Below, in pieces: positions 1 through 43,372 of a stretch of DNA of 64,000 nucleotides. A program made the translations under genes and the position numbers. Location: positions 310,001 to 374,000 of the forward strand of contig NIVC01000989.1 of assembly GCA_002269645.1 (NCBI GenBank). The letters run 5' to 3'. The notes under the pieces were generated by a model. It searched no databases. It was not told the DNA's origin and saw only the letters and a list, made by a program, of their open reading frames with translations. Positions within the stretch are counted from its first letter, which is position 1. Each line of letters opens with the position of its first letter. Source of the stretch: Macrostomum lignano. Taxonomy: Eukaryota.

Positions 1-130
1 CCTTATACTACAAATATGAAAATTCCCCTAAGCTACAAATAATAAAACTCCCCTACACTGCAAATAGAAAAATTCCCCTACACTGCAAAAAGGAAAATTC
101 TCCTCTACACTGCAAATTGGAACATAATAA
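1..130. repeat. Degenerate ~27-30-bp repeat (aaaattcccctacactgca)
   Basis: About 4 imperfect copies at the window start, in the intron upstream of the first visible NF1 exon. Confidence 0.6.
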
Positions 131-242
131 AATATCTACTGCAAATAAAAATAGTGAAAAATTTATTTTATACGCTACTAGTAGTAAACATACGAGTACA
201 ATTGATTTAATTAAAAAGGAAACAAAATCTTCCCATTGTCAG

Positions 243-30602
<30,360 letters not shown>

Positions 30603-33600
30603 TAGATATTAAATAATATCTGTTCGAGGTGTTGGAGAGCTCTATTTACACGTAAATGCAAGTAAAGTACATTGGAGTTTCCTACTGAGCTTATGTAGTA
30701 ACACAAAAATGTGTATTTTTACGAGTAAAGATAAATGTGTTTGTCTCAAGACTTGCGTCTGCGCTTTTAAACCATCTATTTCTATTGTGACCTTTGTTGA
30801 GCTTACTTTTTGTTCTGCTTTTGTGGTTCCCATTTTGACCGTTTAATGACACACTATTTTTATTTTTGCAAACGATTTTGTTGATAGCTGCACCTGTTGC
30901 ACATGCACAGGAATATTGCAATCCGATTTTTGCTTTTTGCATTGTTTGTTATAGAATAATTATTTATGACGTAATTTTACTTGACGAGAAGATTCCAAAG
31001 ACAATTGTTACGAAGGTATGTTTGCTCTCACCTAAGATATAAGTTTCTAATATTCTCTTGGGGAGAATTAACTATCAGCCATAGAAGAATCTCCCTTATA
31101 ATTAAGTTACATTAAAATGCAAGAGATCAATGTGTTCAGAGCGTGTCCACTTGGATTCGCAGCTGAAGAATTAATTGTTTCTTGCAACCAACACGTGTAT
31201 AGCCTGACACGTGTCTAAAGTGCTTACGAGCGTACGATCAAGAGCGACGCGGTGGAATAGAAACAATATATAGTCAGTTTCTGTATAGGCAAAAGGACAG
31301 GCCACAGCCCCACTTTTGTTCAATTGGTAACATTGTGAAAATTAACCGAGCTTATTTGTAGATGACGTACATTGACGTAGATTAGTCTTTTTGTCTTACT
31401 AGTCGGCCATCTTTTCTGTGTTTTCCTCGTTGTGTCTTAACTATATAATTAAAAAATATTTGTTTCAGTCCTGAAAGCGCAGTCAGCTGTGTACGAGTAT
31501 TAAGTTTAAGGTATATATTTACCCTGAACATTATAATATTATATTATTCCTAAATGGTATCTTGATTTTTCTGAACCTTTTTTCCACTTTGTAACGCTGT
31601 GTTGCGAGCGTAGTTAATCGATTTTATTACTGGTACTTACAGCTTTGTAGATGTGCATCGGTAGAATTAATGAATATTTTTGCAGATTTGTTTTTCATTT
31701 ATTCTTCTTTTGCATTTGTAAACGAATATTTTTTATCAGTCAACGAGGACTCGTTTTGTTTAACCCGTTTCAGGATTGGACAAGACGTTTTGCTTCTTAT
31801 TCGTTCAACATTCGTTTGTTTTAACCTAATTTAAATAGAGCGCCATCTTGAAAGTAAACACTACCAGTATTGTCTGTTAAAACAATATTTGGACAAAATT
31901 CTTTTTTTGAGTTGTTCAAATCGGCAAATTTTATTTAGGCCGGCCCTGTTAACTGTTCTGTCAAAATTGATTTTTTAAATATTGTGCCCCGTATAAACAT
32001 ATTTTGTTAATTCCAGAAAGTTTTTTTTTCAAAACGAGTTAAGTCATTTTGATGGCAAGTTGATACCTCAGTCAGATTTTTAAAAAAATTTAAAGTAAGA
32101 AACTAATCTCTCATAAATGTTTTTACTGTTGTTCGGATACTGGGCTGTATTGTTGTGTTAATTCTGTTAACTCGCTATATTGTAATACTGATATACTGTA
32201 ATACTGTAACTGATATATTAAAAAAATCAGTTTATACTAAACGTTGATAAGATACAAGGAGGTTTAGGCAGTCTAGCATCGTTGTCTGTGTGACAAAAAT
32301 GGCAACACTGAAGTCTTCAAGAAATTATTTTGCTTTCTATAACATTTAAAAGTGATGAAAGATAATTGCTTGATCAAGATTAGCTAATACAACACTTGTA
32401 CTGACTGTACGGTGTATTTGATCAACTTATATTAGCCTACTCAGTCTATGCAGCAATTGCTTAAAACACAAATTCAACACTTGCATCTGACAGAGAAATT
32501 GTTGGAAAGTATCTGCATTTTTAGAAGCAATTAAATATACACATAGGTCTACTGTGCAGATAGTCTGATAGTAAGCGTTGATTAATATATGATAAATATT
32601 ACTTTAAGACTTAAGTATATCAAGAGACGAAAAAAAGTTTAACCACTGCTAATAACTCTATAACAGCAATGCTCAAAATAACTATAGATGAGTTGATAAA
32701 TTATTAAATATGATAGACAACAGAAAAAACTGAATAAAATAAAATTTACCTCTAAGCTATGAGAACTTATTGTATAGCCAGGGACTACATACTCAATACT
32801 AGGGATAGAAAACTACAAGAGTTAGAGGCCGATCTATTAATAAATTAGTCCTAGAGAAGCATCGCTTGTATAGGTTTTTACCACAGACACAAACTTACTG
32901 ACTACAAGGTAGATCCTATCTAAGTAATGCTTTTTCGAAGACTAAGTTATTAATACGCTCGTAGATCGGCCTCTTATCTTTTGTAGTTTCCGTCCAGAGT
33001 ATTGAGTCCCTGCTTAAAACACGAGTAAGCTTGTTGTGGTTAATACAGTTTTAATAATAGGAGGAAAAGCAAGTCCTACATAATCAAACTAATTAATAAG
33101 GAAAATATTATTGTTGCATATTATGCATTCAGGATACGACGCACAGACTTTTCACTTTTTATTGATGCTTTCAATTGGATATTAAGACATTCAGTGAAAA
33201 CAGTACAGTAGGAATCTTAATGTTTATGTTGATAAATTTACTAATCAGTAATCAGGGCAGTGTAACCATTCACATTATTTAATCCATGACAAGTTTATTT
33301 ATATCACATATTGAAGCTTTAAACACGATCCCATTCACGCAGAATAATGGCCATTGTGAGGTTGTGCAGCTGAGGCCCAATCAGAGGATTCTTCTGAGCC
33401 AGAATCATAATTAGCCAACTGAAATAGTAATGAGGTAGTGCTACTCGCTAATTACTATTAAAAACGAACATTTCGTAATAACTTGACTTTGCGCGAGACG
33501 GTAAATACTTTTGATTTAATATGCTAATATTTTGTTTTACTACGCGAAATAAATCGGGGAATTATTTTTTTATATAAATGTATGGGGGCCGGGGGGACGA

Positions 33601-34984
33601 CTATAGATAAGAGCGAATTTGTCAGAAATTCCTCCTTTGAGAGGAAAACTGAGCAGATTCTAAGAGCTCCTCAAAACCACTCGATAAGTTTAAGCTACAA
33701 ACTTTCTTAGAGTTAAATGCGAGTTATTCATTTCCAGAGTTCTGAGAATAGAATAGTTCGGATATACTTACTAAGAGAGGGAGTAGGGAGTTCTTTAAAG
33801 AGATACGAAGAGCCGCACCGTGACACTCTAATCTCGGTAACGCTTGGATTGGAAACCAGTACATGTACCAGTAAAGTCCGCTCAGGCTATAATACGAGTG
33901 CATTAAACTGCTACCGTAATAGACTAAACTGCTACCATAATACAGTAGACCGCTAACAGATAAGTGTTATAATTTAACTATTAATTCTTAGAAATAAATT
34001 ACATACTGTAATTTGTGGTAGGTGGGTCTACCATTGATTTTTTGGTCATTTCTCGAAATTTGCATGCGCGCGCGCAACTCCGTTGTTTGTAATCATTGTT
34101 GTTGCCCCGTGTTGGGACACCGGAGAGCAGGCACCGGCTGGTTCCCTGTCATCATGTCCCCCGATTGGTTCCACTCCTGGCCTCTCCGTTGGTCCCTTCC
34201 CTTCGCCTTTTTCTGGCCTAAGTCTCTCCATCCCTTGGTTGCTTGTCTTTTTTCTTTTAATTTTACTAGTAATCCTGCCTGCTCCACTGCCTGTCCCATT
34301 GCGTGCCCCACTTGATGAACCGCTTTTATGCTCAAAACTATACGTATATATACCTGTAACTTCCTTAACTTTTAATTCTTCTTATGCTTCTTCTTCTTAT
34401 GCTATTACTTTTGCCCAGTTAGTTTATTAACTATACTTCGTCTGGTCTAGCATTAACATTCTAATCTAATACTAGATTGTTAATCTAATACTCGCACCGC
34501 GGCACCTGAGGACGCAACTCAACATAAGCGGATACGCTGAATTAATATCCAGTTTAAACAATAATAAAAATAAACCACAATAAGCCCCTAGCATTGTCTT
34601 CAATAATTCGACCATGAAGCGTAACATAACCGAATTCTCAACTCTAAGCAAGCTCTGAGAATCAAAAATACCATAATATGTAAATTACGGTGGTGGCAGC
34701 ACTACGCTACTCTTAGTAAGCTTTGCCGCGAAATCAACGTACATTGAACTCCGGTGTCTGAGGACCCAAAGCTTGAACGACCGCGCCTATTTACGACTGC
34801 TTGACTACGATTTCAACTACCCTTCCCCTGGAATTGTGAACCCTGGCAGATGGAGTAACCAGGCGGAATTTTCTGAGATTTGACAGCGCAATCTGCTAGC
34901 TTGATTCGTGTGAACTCAACGCAGGCGGCACTTCAAATTTGCTAACCACCTCAACTTTTAAATTTGTTCCACAAACCGCCCCCA

Positions 34985-35100
34985 CCTCCAACTGTTATTG
35001 AAGAAACCCCTAGTACAATCTGGTGGCATTAAAGGAATTTGTTAAGACAGAGGCAAAACGCCTATTAAAACTTGGTGATTTAATGGAGGGATATTGAAAA
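34985..35100 (+). pseudogene. Possible Tc1-like transposase fragment
   Basis: RNP*YNLVALKEFVKTEAKRLLKLGDLMEG resembles the LNPIENLWxxLK motif region; stops present. Confidence 0.25.
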
Positions 35101-35849
35101 AAAGACAGAAGTAAGCCCTGGGACAACTTGGTGATTATTCTAGAGTAGAGGTTTTAGGCCTATTACAAATTTGGTGGCAGCGGTGGCATAGAAGCAACAG
35201 ACCTACAGTAAAAGAGTACAATATGAACTTTAACAATAATGAAGTATTTGTTTGAAAACAATTGAAAAAATATGCAAACAAACAGTAATAGAACTTACAA
35301 TAAGTAGCAACAGGCAGCAGTCAACACAAGCATTGTCTGAATCAGTCTAAAAATGAAAAAAAGTTATTTAGGTTGTAAGTTTAAAATGCACTTTTTTAAT
35401 TCATCTTTTGTAACTGTAGTTATTATAATGAACAAAACAACATGCTGAACACAAGTGTGACATAGGCCTATACTAGTAGCTTATGAATATAATCAGATAA
35501 CAGCTAATTAAAATCACAATAAAGACTTTCCAAAAAAAGCTAAATTATTAAAAATTTATAATCCACCTATACTAAATCCATACACTAAAAATGGTTTGTT
35601 GGTTGGTATTTATGAGATTGTATCATCTTGAATGCATATAGTAGTGTTCTACTACAAAAGCTATGGCTATGAATAAAATTATACAAGTTATGATTCCCTC
35701 TATATGTCAAAACTGTCAATTTACCAAGTTAGGAATGAACTGCTTATCACAAGGAATAGGTTTTAAGGGCTAATCTGCAAGGACTTAACAACAATGGATG
35801 TTACACCTGCAAATATTGGCAGAATTCCAAAAGGCCACTTTGAATGTAT

Positions 35850-36450
35850 CTGTCTATGGTTTTAGTAGCCTTTTTGCTTAGTAATTCACATAGCAGCGTA
35901 GCATGATAGCCTATAAATCTAGCTTAGAGCACCAGGTAGACAAGAGCAAACAGTTAACTTCTTTGCATTCTCAGAATCTTTTGTTTCTTGCTTCAAATTC
36001 AATAACTCAATTAATACAAGATGCCAACGAGTGTTGCAAACTCCAGACTGCATCAGCAGTACAAAAGCAGTGAAAGATGCACCATGTATTATTTTTCTGA
36101 AAGAAGAAGATAAGGTTGAATCCTGGATGAAAGCTTTGCCATTGCAGCAAAGGAAAGGTAACATTTTACTGTACACGTGGGCATATGCCACAAGCATTGA
36201 CCAGAGGATGCTAGAATGAAGCAAGTGGGGCCTCGACTCTCAATTGGCACATGGGTGGTCTCGGCACAGTTGGTACAGATTCCTACTATCAGAACATTGT
36301 TGAGACACATCTTAAGTGCTGCACTCCCTGACAGTGCATCTGTTTAACTATATTCAATGAGGTTTATGTACAACATTCTCTGTGTCTTTGTGGGTGTCAT
36401 CTCATTTGATAGCCAGAGGATACTCCAGATAAGCTAGCATGCACAGGCAT
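35850..36450 (-). pseudogene. Degenerate hAT-like transposase remnant
   Basis: Short minus-strand peptides IVGICTNCA, HSSILWSML and VLLMQSGVCNTRW...ELLNLKQE loosely resemble hAT motifs (VGICTDGA, HCILH, LLxHTEVRW..LFEL); frames are broken. Confidence 0.35.
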
Positions 36451-37140
36451 CCACATTTGTAGCCTGGCTCATCCCTATTTACAGTCTTAATCTAGAAATG
36501 TTTTCAACCAAGTAATTCATCTTATCTAAATTGTACACACATTTGGTGGGACAGTTGTGAATATGTGTGACAACCACTTTACTAAGTGTCTTTTACTTTA
36601 CTTGACCACTTTGTTTTTTTGATGCTTTCATTTTGAGGACAGTTCATTGTCATCTTTGGTGACTTTGTGTTGCTTCATTTTAGACAAGTTCAGGAATTGC
36701 GCTACAAGCATACCAAGTATAATTATTGAATAAGTGTAGTTCCCATCATTCGATATTCATTCTTGTTGCTATCTTAGCTACTTCCTCAATGCTTCTACAC
36801 TTTAGAACTGCATCTAGGAATCCATTATTTCTGGTATTTCTTTATTCTTTGTTAAAAAATTTCACCTTGTTCATCTCTTTGAGAAAATACAAAGGACTGG
36901 TAAGGATTCATGCATATAATTGGCTTTACTCACTAGACATTTAATTTCTATTAATGTATTATACACACTTGCTTCACAAGCAAAAAGGCTACTAAAACCA
37001 TAACACCAAAATACATAAACCAAAACACATACATTCAAAGCAGCCTTTTAGAATTCTGCCAATATTTGCAAGTGTAATATCCTATGTTGTTAAGTAGTCC
37101 ATGCTAATCTGACATACCACTGGTACCAGGGTATCTAAGG

Positions 37141-37462
37141 CAAGGGTTGGCAAAATTTTACTTCAATGGCAAAATAGAGAATATAGTGCATGACTGTGGG
37201 CAAGAGAAGGGGGAGAGGACAGGAAGAGAGAAGAGAAAAAGGAAGAAAGAGAGGTAAGGAAAAGAAAGGAAAAGAGAAAAGGAGATGAGGGATAAAATAA
37301 GAGAAGAAAAGAAACAAAGGAAAGAGGAAAGGAGAAGAAAGAAGAGAAGAGGAAAGGAAAGGAGATTAGAGAAGAGAGCTGAGAAGAGATAAACCTTGAA
37401 TAGGCTAGAAAAGGTTTTTGAGGGCCATATGTGGCCTGCAGGCTTGAGTTTGCCAACCTCTA
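37141..37462. mobile_element. hAT (Charlie/Tip100-like) MITE with GA-rich interior
   Basis: Exact 8-bp TSD ATCTAAGG (37133-37140 and 37463-37470). Imperfect 14-bp TIR caagggttggcaaa / tttgccaacctcta. Subterminal gggccatatgtggcctgcagg is typical of this family. Confidence 0.85.
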
Positions 37463-39015
37463 ATCTAAGGATATAAAATTGCTAATTAGGATAATAGTAT
37501 ATTTTTAATAGACATGTAACTAGTCTTTTTTAATATTTCTATCATTATAGCTAACTATATAGAATATAAAAAATGATAAATATAACAAAATGGTACATAT
37601 ACCATGTTTATACTAAATTTTATCAAGAATATATAAGTATTGTCGTAGGGCTCTTAATTATTCCTTTTGCTAGCCTTACTAGCTGCCACCAAAGTTGTAA
37701 TAAAGCTATTTCTCCTTAATAATTCTACTGGTTATTAATTGTCTTTCTACTGGTAGCGCATGTACTTCTATCGGTAGTGTATGTACTTCTATTGGTAGCG
37801 TATGTACTTCTATTGTACTTTCTGGCCTGAGCGGTCTAATAGCACTGTCTATTCTATTCCTATGCTTCCCCTAATATTATTCTCTCAGTCCTGGGCGTTC
37901 CCTGGATCAGAGGGTCACAGCTTATGCTCTTTCTCTGCCCTGAGGCGATCTTCTCTCGTTATGAGGCGGTTCTCCTGCCCTGAGGCGAATTTACAATTTA
38001 CTGCCCTGAGGCGGTTTCTCGCTTGTAGCGGTTTCTGATACTCCCAATTGGGGTTCTTATACTCTAAGAAATGATTAAGTCTTTAAGCAACTTCAATATT
38101 TAGAACGAACTAAATTTGCTTATCGAAAACCGAGAGGCAGCAAACGGTTGCTTCCTCGAGTCTGCTCAGCGTGTCTATTTATACCCAAAATTCGTTATAG
38201 TTTAAACAAAATAATAATTGCAGAAATATTTTTGCAAACCACAACATTCAAACAAATATTTCGCGCAGATTTGAATAAAGGTTTTTCTAAGAAAGGCAAA
38301 CATAAAACGAGTAAAATTTAAAAGTATTAGAGCTATTATTAATGCCTGTCTCAGTATATATGTATATAAAAAATATAATATGCATTTTTATACAAAATAA
38401 ACTGCTCCTCAATATGTTTGATAGGATATGGTTTCATAATTTGAATAGTATATAAAAAGACTAAAGCCACTAAGCTTTGCAGACAAACCTGATTAACATA
38501 GGCTAGGCCTAGACCTAACTGACCTTGTTGACTAGTTGGTGTAATACTTATATTCATACTTGATTAATACTCAACTTTAACTCAAGAATTGTAAAACTTC
38601 ATTGAAAACAAGCAATTAATGGTAAAACTAATTTGTTTTTGCAATGTTTCATTTTATATATTTATTGTAGTATATATCTTACCATTGATATTAAAAGTAG
38701 TATAGGATTAGGGTTAAAGTAATTTTATATGTAGGGTTAAGGTTAGACTTAGAGTTGGACCATGGTTAGGAAGGTACCCTTTTAAAGAAAATTCTAGCAA
38801 AGAAAATGGTCTAACACCTGGCACATTATGGTTCTGCAATGTGACATAAGAAAAAAGCATATCTTGCATAGTGCCAAGTGGGAAAATAAAGTATACAAAT
38901 CTTTGTAAAAATGGTTTATCTATAACAATTTTTTACTTTCAGATATAAAATTTTTAGTATAACAAAATATTTTTTTAAAATAGCAAAGTTATTATTGTTT
39001 TTTTATTTTGTATTG

Positions 39016-39085
39016 AGCCAATTGGTGGCTCAGTGGATATGTCAATTGCCTTGTGATTTTGAGTAGCAGGGGTTTAAATCCCCAA
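39016..39085 (+). other. tRNA-derived SINE-head-like sequence
   Basis: A box TGGCTCAGTGG (39026-39036); B-box-like gggg-tttaaat-cccc hairpin (39069-39083); does not fold into a full cloverleaf. Confidence 0.4.
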
Positions 39086-39419
39086 TGTTTGGAGATTTTT
39101 TTATTTGAAATTTTTTAGCAAATTGAAATTTTTTTCACCTTGAATTTTTTCAGGTTTTTAAATAAAATAAAATAATAAATTAAAATAAACTAAATTAATT
39201 TTTTTTAGTAAGAGTAACACTTAATCTTAAAGTGCGGCCGATATTTATCGAAAGAATATATCTTTTTCATATATAATTGTGGGCGCACTTTTTTAAGATT
39301 TTGTGTTAGTCTTAAAAATTTAATTTAATTTAATTTTTAAAAACTTTCAAGTTAAAAACCCCTCAACAACTTTTCTCTTTTTTCATCCCATCAATGATTG
39401 TATGGAGCCTTTAAGCTCC

Positions 39420-39750
39420 AATATTAGAGACACGGCCACCCACTGTGCCTCAAAGTATGAACCCAGTCAATATTAATGACACGGCCACCCACCGTGTCTC
39501 TAAGTGTGAATCCATTCAATATTAACGACACGGCTGCCGTGCAAGTTTTATTGACATGGTAACTCTGTCTCTAATAGTGACTAGGTCCATACTTATAGAC
39601 AGGGCAGCTGTGTCTATAATGCAGAAACTTAGAGACATGGTGGCCGTGTGGCCATGTCTATAAGTATGGACCTAGTTACTATTAGAGACATAGCTGCCAT
39701 GTCTATAAGTTTTTGCATTATAGACACAATCACCATGTCTCTAAGTATGG
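39420..39750. repeat. Array of ~50-bp cassettes with inverted TGTCT(C/A)TAA ends, in mixed orientation
   Basis: 39566-39601 vs 39655-39690 are reverse complements (35/36 identical); 39610-39640 vs about 39697-39727 likewise (29/31). Confidence 0.8.
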
Positions 39751-40056
39751 CATTGAATAAAAGCATGCTTGAATACACTTGTATGATAGTTCTTTTATAA
39801 AGTGACAACTAAAAGTTTCTACAATTAACTAGTAAAAAAGATACCTAAAACAAAAACATTGCGTTTTCTTTTTTTTATTAATTATTTCCATTTTTTAAAT
39901 AATATAGGTTTCATTTTTTGTAGTAATTATTAACTGCACATCCAATGCTTATTGCATTGGTTTTGTGGTATAGCACAAAATTTTAGTGGCATACAATTTA
40001 CTAGTCCTAGATAGCCAAATACTTTCCAGCATACATGTAACACAATCTGTAATATG

Positions 40057-40794
40057 CCATAGTCAGGAAGGTGGCCTCTGAGGGAGAAAATTCCCGCGCA
40101 CACAAAGGGTCTCGGCGCACATTGGCGCACAAGCGCGGCGCATACAAAGGGTCTCAGCACACATTGGCGCACAAGCGCGGCGCACACAAAGGGTCTCAGC
40201 GCACATTGGCGCACCTGATACTCTGGATCATCTAGTATATGCCCAAAAATTTGGGCATGCATTGGCCTTGCACGCCAAAATTAAGTGTGCACAATTGGCG
40301 TGCATCACTCCTGAGAAAAAAGTATGCGTACACACCTGGCGTGCACTTTATAGAATCACGGGTAAGAGTTATTGTAAAGTAGAAAAAGATGAAAAAAGTT
40401 CATTTTTAGGCGCAAATTTCAAGCTTTCCGGTTTTTTTCAGCTTGTAAAAGAGTATTTAAACAAATCTTTGCATATATAAACTTTCCGCTATAAATAGTA
40501 TCGCCGAAAAAGCTTTAAAAGCAACAAAATTATCTAATAATAAGGGTCTATTACACAATTTAAAAAAGTCTTTTATTGTCACAACGTAAAAAAGGTCATT
40601 TATTGTCACAACACTGGCATATTTTTGGGAAGGGCGTGCACTAATTTTTTTTGGCCTGCAGTTGTAATTATTCAATTTTTTAATAACGGTGCACAGACGG
40701 CGCACAGATGGTGCACAGATAGCGCACAGATGGCGCACAGATTGTCTCTCTAAAATTTATTCTGGTGCACACTCTGCCACCTTCCTGACTATGG
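40057..40794. mobile_element. Non-autonomous DNA transposon with perfect 19-bp TIR and 8-bp TSD
   Basis: TIR CCATAGTCAGGAAGGTGGC (40057-40075) / GCCACCTTCCTGACTATGG (40776-40794). TSD GTAATATG on both sides. Subterminal GCGCACA-rich repeats. No coding capacity. Confidence 0.9.
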
Positions 40795-42534
40795 GTAATA
40801 TGGATTTAATGGGATAAAAGTGTAGGTATAGGCCTAGCTAGTATAAGCTGCATGCTATGATTAGGTTAGTTTTTATTCTAATTTTTTGGGTCTGATCATA
40901 AACTGAAGGAAAGCCAACAATTCTATGGGATGGCTAAAAATCACTTCATTCAATACTGATACAATTTTCCATGATTGCTTTTTTAAATAGGTAGAAAAAT
41001 ATAAAACGTGGGTTAAATAAAAAGACAAGAAAGTTTATAATACATTTAACCTAAACTACTATTTAATATAGGCCTAATCTTAAAAAAAACTTACCCCCGT
41101 TGGGAGCCGCGAGGAATGATAAAAGGCAAAACGCCACCAACAAGTAACCAAAAAATCGTAACAACAATGAATGCGATATCAAAGCTCATTCTATAGGCTA
41201 GTTCAATTTAACTGGAAAAATATTTATTAAAGTAATATACCAGAAACAAAATGTAATGATAGCTCAATCGATATAAGCCAATGCTAAACAGAAAAGCATT
41301 TGATCACTTTATAATTGTGCTTTTTCTTCGAAATATTTTTGCTTTTGAAAATCAGCTTTTTGCTACAGATTATAACAACAATTTAAAATTTGAATAAGGT
41401 TCTACCGATTAAAAAGTAATAAAACCTAATTTATTAAATGAAGTTGCAGAATACTAAGGATGCTGAATTAAAGTTATACTCTAACTGTTAACTGTCTACA
41501 CTTGAGTAAACGACATCTATTAACGTAGTTTCCCGATTAACACCTTTGCAATCGGGAAACACCACATGTCATACTCCCCCTTTGCGTCTAACGTTTTTCA
41601 AGCTAACTTAAATAAACGAGCGTAATTTTTACCACAAAATCCGGGGTTTCCGAATTACAGTACGTGTTCGAATTATTTCAAGTCATTGAAATCGAGTTCA
41701 AAGCAAGGAAATGACTAGCTTTTTGTTTACAGAATAGACGTGCACGTAAGAGTATAGGCACAAACAAGAATTTTTCAGCAATATTCATGTATGATCCAAT
41801 CTCTGCTTAGTTTAGTTTAGGTCTATATGTGTGGGTAAAATTAGAAAATATGGGAACCCAATAAATCGTTAATTTTTAAGCAGAATATTTCGAACAAAAA
41901 GTGGTTTATAGCAATCAATATATTAGCTAAGAGTTTTCCGTTGTTATTATAGCAGGAAGTACATAAGCAAAGCAGCAATAATTAATAGTATTAGGAAACA
42001 CCAGAAGTCCAGAATATTTAGCGTAATTTTTTAGTAGATCAGGAAGTTCATAATACATGTAAACCATTTACGATGCAGCAAGTCTATATTTTCTGGCAAC
42101 AAGACAGTGATAGCTAATTGGAAAGGTGAAATAATGTCTTCGATTTTTGGAATCCGGCGGACAAAAAATACAATAAATAATAAATTAGCCGAGTTAGTTT
42201 TGAAATTAGTCTTTCATTGCACTTTTTCAACCGCCTTTTAAACCAAAATTCAGAAAAATGTCAAAGAAAACTGTCCGCAAAGGCAAAAGAATGAAACGCG
42301 AGACCTAAAAAAAGCAAAAATGAACAAAAAAGGAAACAACTTATTATTAGATAGCGCAGATTCAGAAATGTTCGTTAATATGCACATACGTGTTTTAAAT
42401 AGCAATTTTTCAACTATCAGCTTGTTAAACATTGTCTTTCCGCCAACTTTCCTACATTTCTACTCATAGTAGAGTGGTCAAAACAATATTAGATTTTTTC
42501 GCACAAATTTTTATGAGAAAAAACTGTTAGATGA

Positions 42535-43372
42535 TCAAAGTTGCCTAGCAGTGCTAGGAAATCGATTCGCCTCAAAGTCGCTGTCCTGTCCAACTCGGCG
42601 ACGAATTTGTGCCAACAATTCGGACAGGAAAGCCGAACGGAACTCGGCGTCATCGCTAGTTGTGGCCGGCGCTAGTCTTGGCCCGCCCTGGCCTAGCTGG
42701 GCTGCAGTCTCTGCCACTAGGCGATCTAATAATTGAAACGCCGGCTCACGTAGCTGCTGCTGCTGCTGCTGGCTTGTCGGGTCATTGGGTGTTTCTTGTT
42801 GCGAACCATCCGGCGTCTGCAGCACCCGGCGTCGTTTAGCGTGCGGCTGCTGCCTCAAATAAGCGTCCGACAGGGGGTGCGGCCGGTCCATCGGCGGCCG
42901 TCTGGCTCGCATAGCCGCCGCGTCTGCTTCAACCACAGGGGCAAAATCGGCTGGAAAATCCAGCGGAGCCAACGGAGCGCCGGAACCTGCGGCAGCGGCG
43001 GTCACAGCGGCAGTCAAAGCCGTGGCCGAATAAGCCAGTGGATCGCCGTCGTCTGGCAGATTCGCAGGCTCCGACTTCAGCGCCAGAATTCGACGCTCGT
43101 GCTCCGACGGTTGCCGTCGGGCTGTAGAATTAACAGCTGCCGACGCCTTCTGATTTGTCGCTTCTATTGTTGTCGACGCTGTTGTCGCTGGGGTTGTCAA
43201 CAAGTAGGGCGGAAATCCTGGCGTACCAGAGCGCAATCGGCCCTGCACCCTGGTGGCGAGCACCTGAGAGCAAAACTGAATCATATCCGGTGCGCCGGCG
43301 GCGCTGCCACCAGCCTGGCTGGACATTGACAGCATGTACTGCTGCATCAGTCGGTCGGCCATTCGTTGCGCT
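42535..43372 (-). CDS. BAG6: BAG6 terminal exon (candidate NLS AKRRRV and BAG-similar domain)
   Basis: ctattcag acceptor; RRPPMDRPHPLSDAY...HAKRRRV; ...NRFPSTARQL then TGA. Confidence 0.88.

Noticed and set aside
32760-32900. Possible CR1/L2 reverse transcriptase C-terminal remnant (YENLL...LEADLL)
   Set aside because: Similarity too weak and frames broken; cannot be supported without an HMM search
34022-34430. Overlapping ORFs with a gag-knuckle-like LRCPNTGQ
   Set aside because: The CCHC pattern is incomplete and no LTR, pol or splice structure was found
37720-38200. Short ccctgaggcg repeats and a minus-strand TATAAATAG suggesting a retroelement 5' end
   Set aside because: No recognisable ORF, termini or TSD
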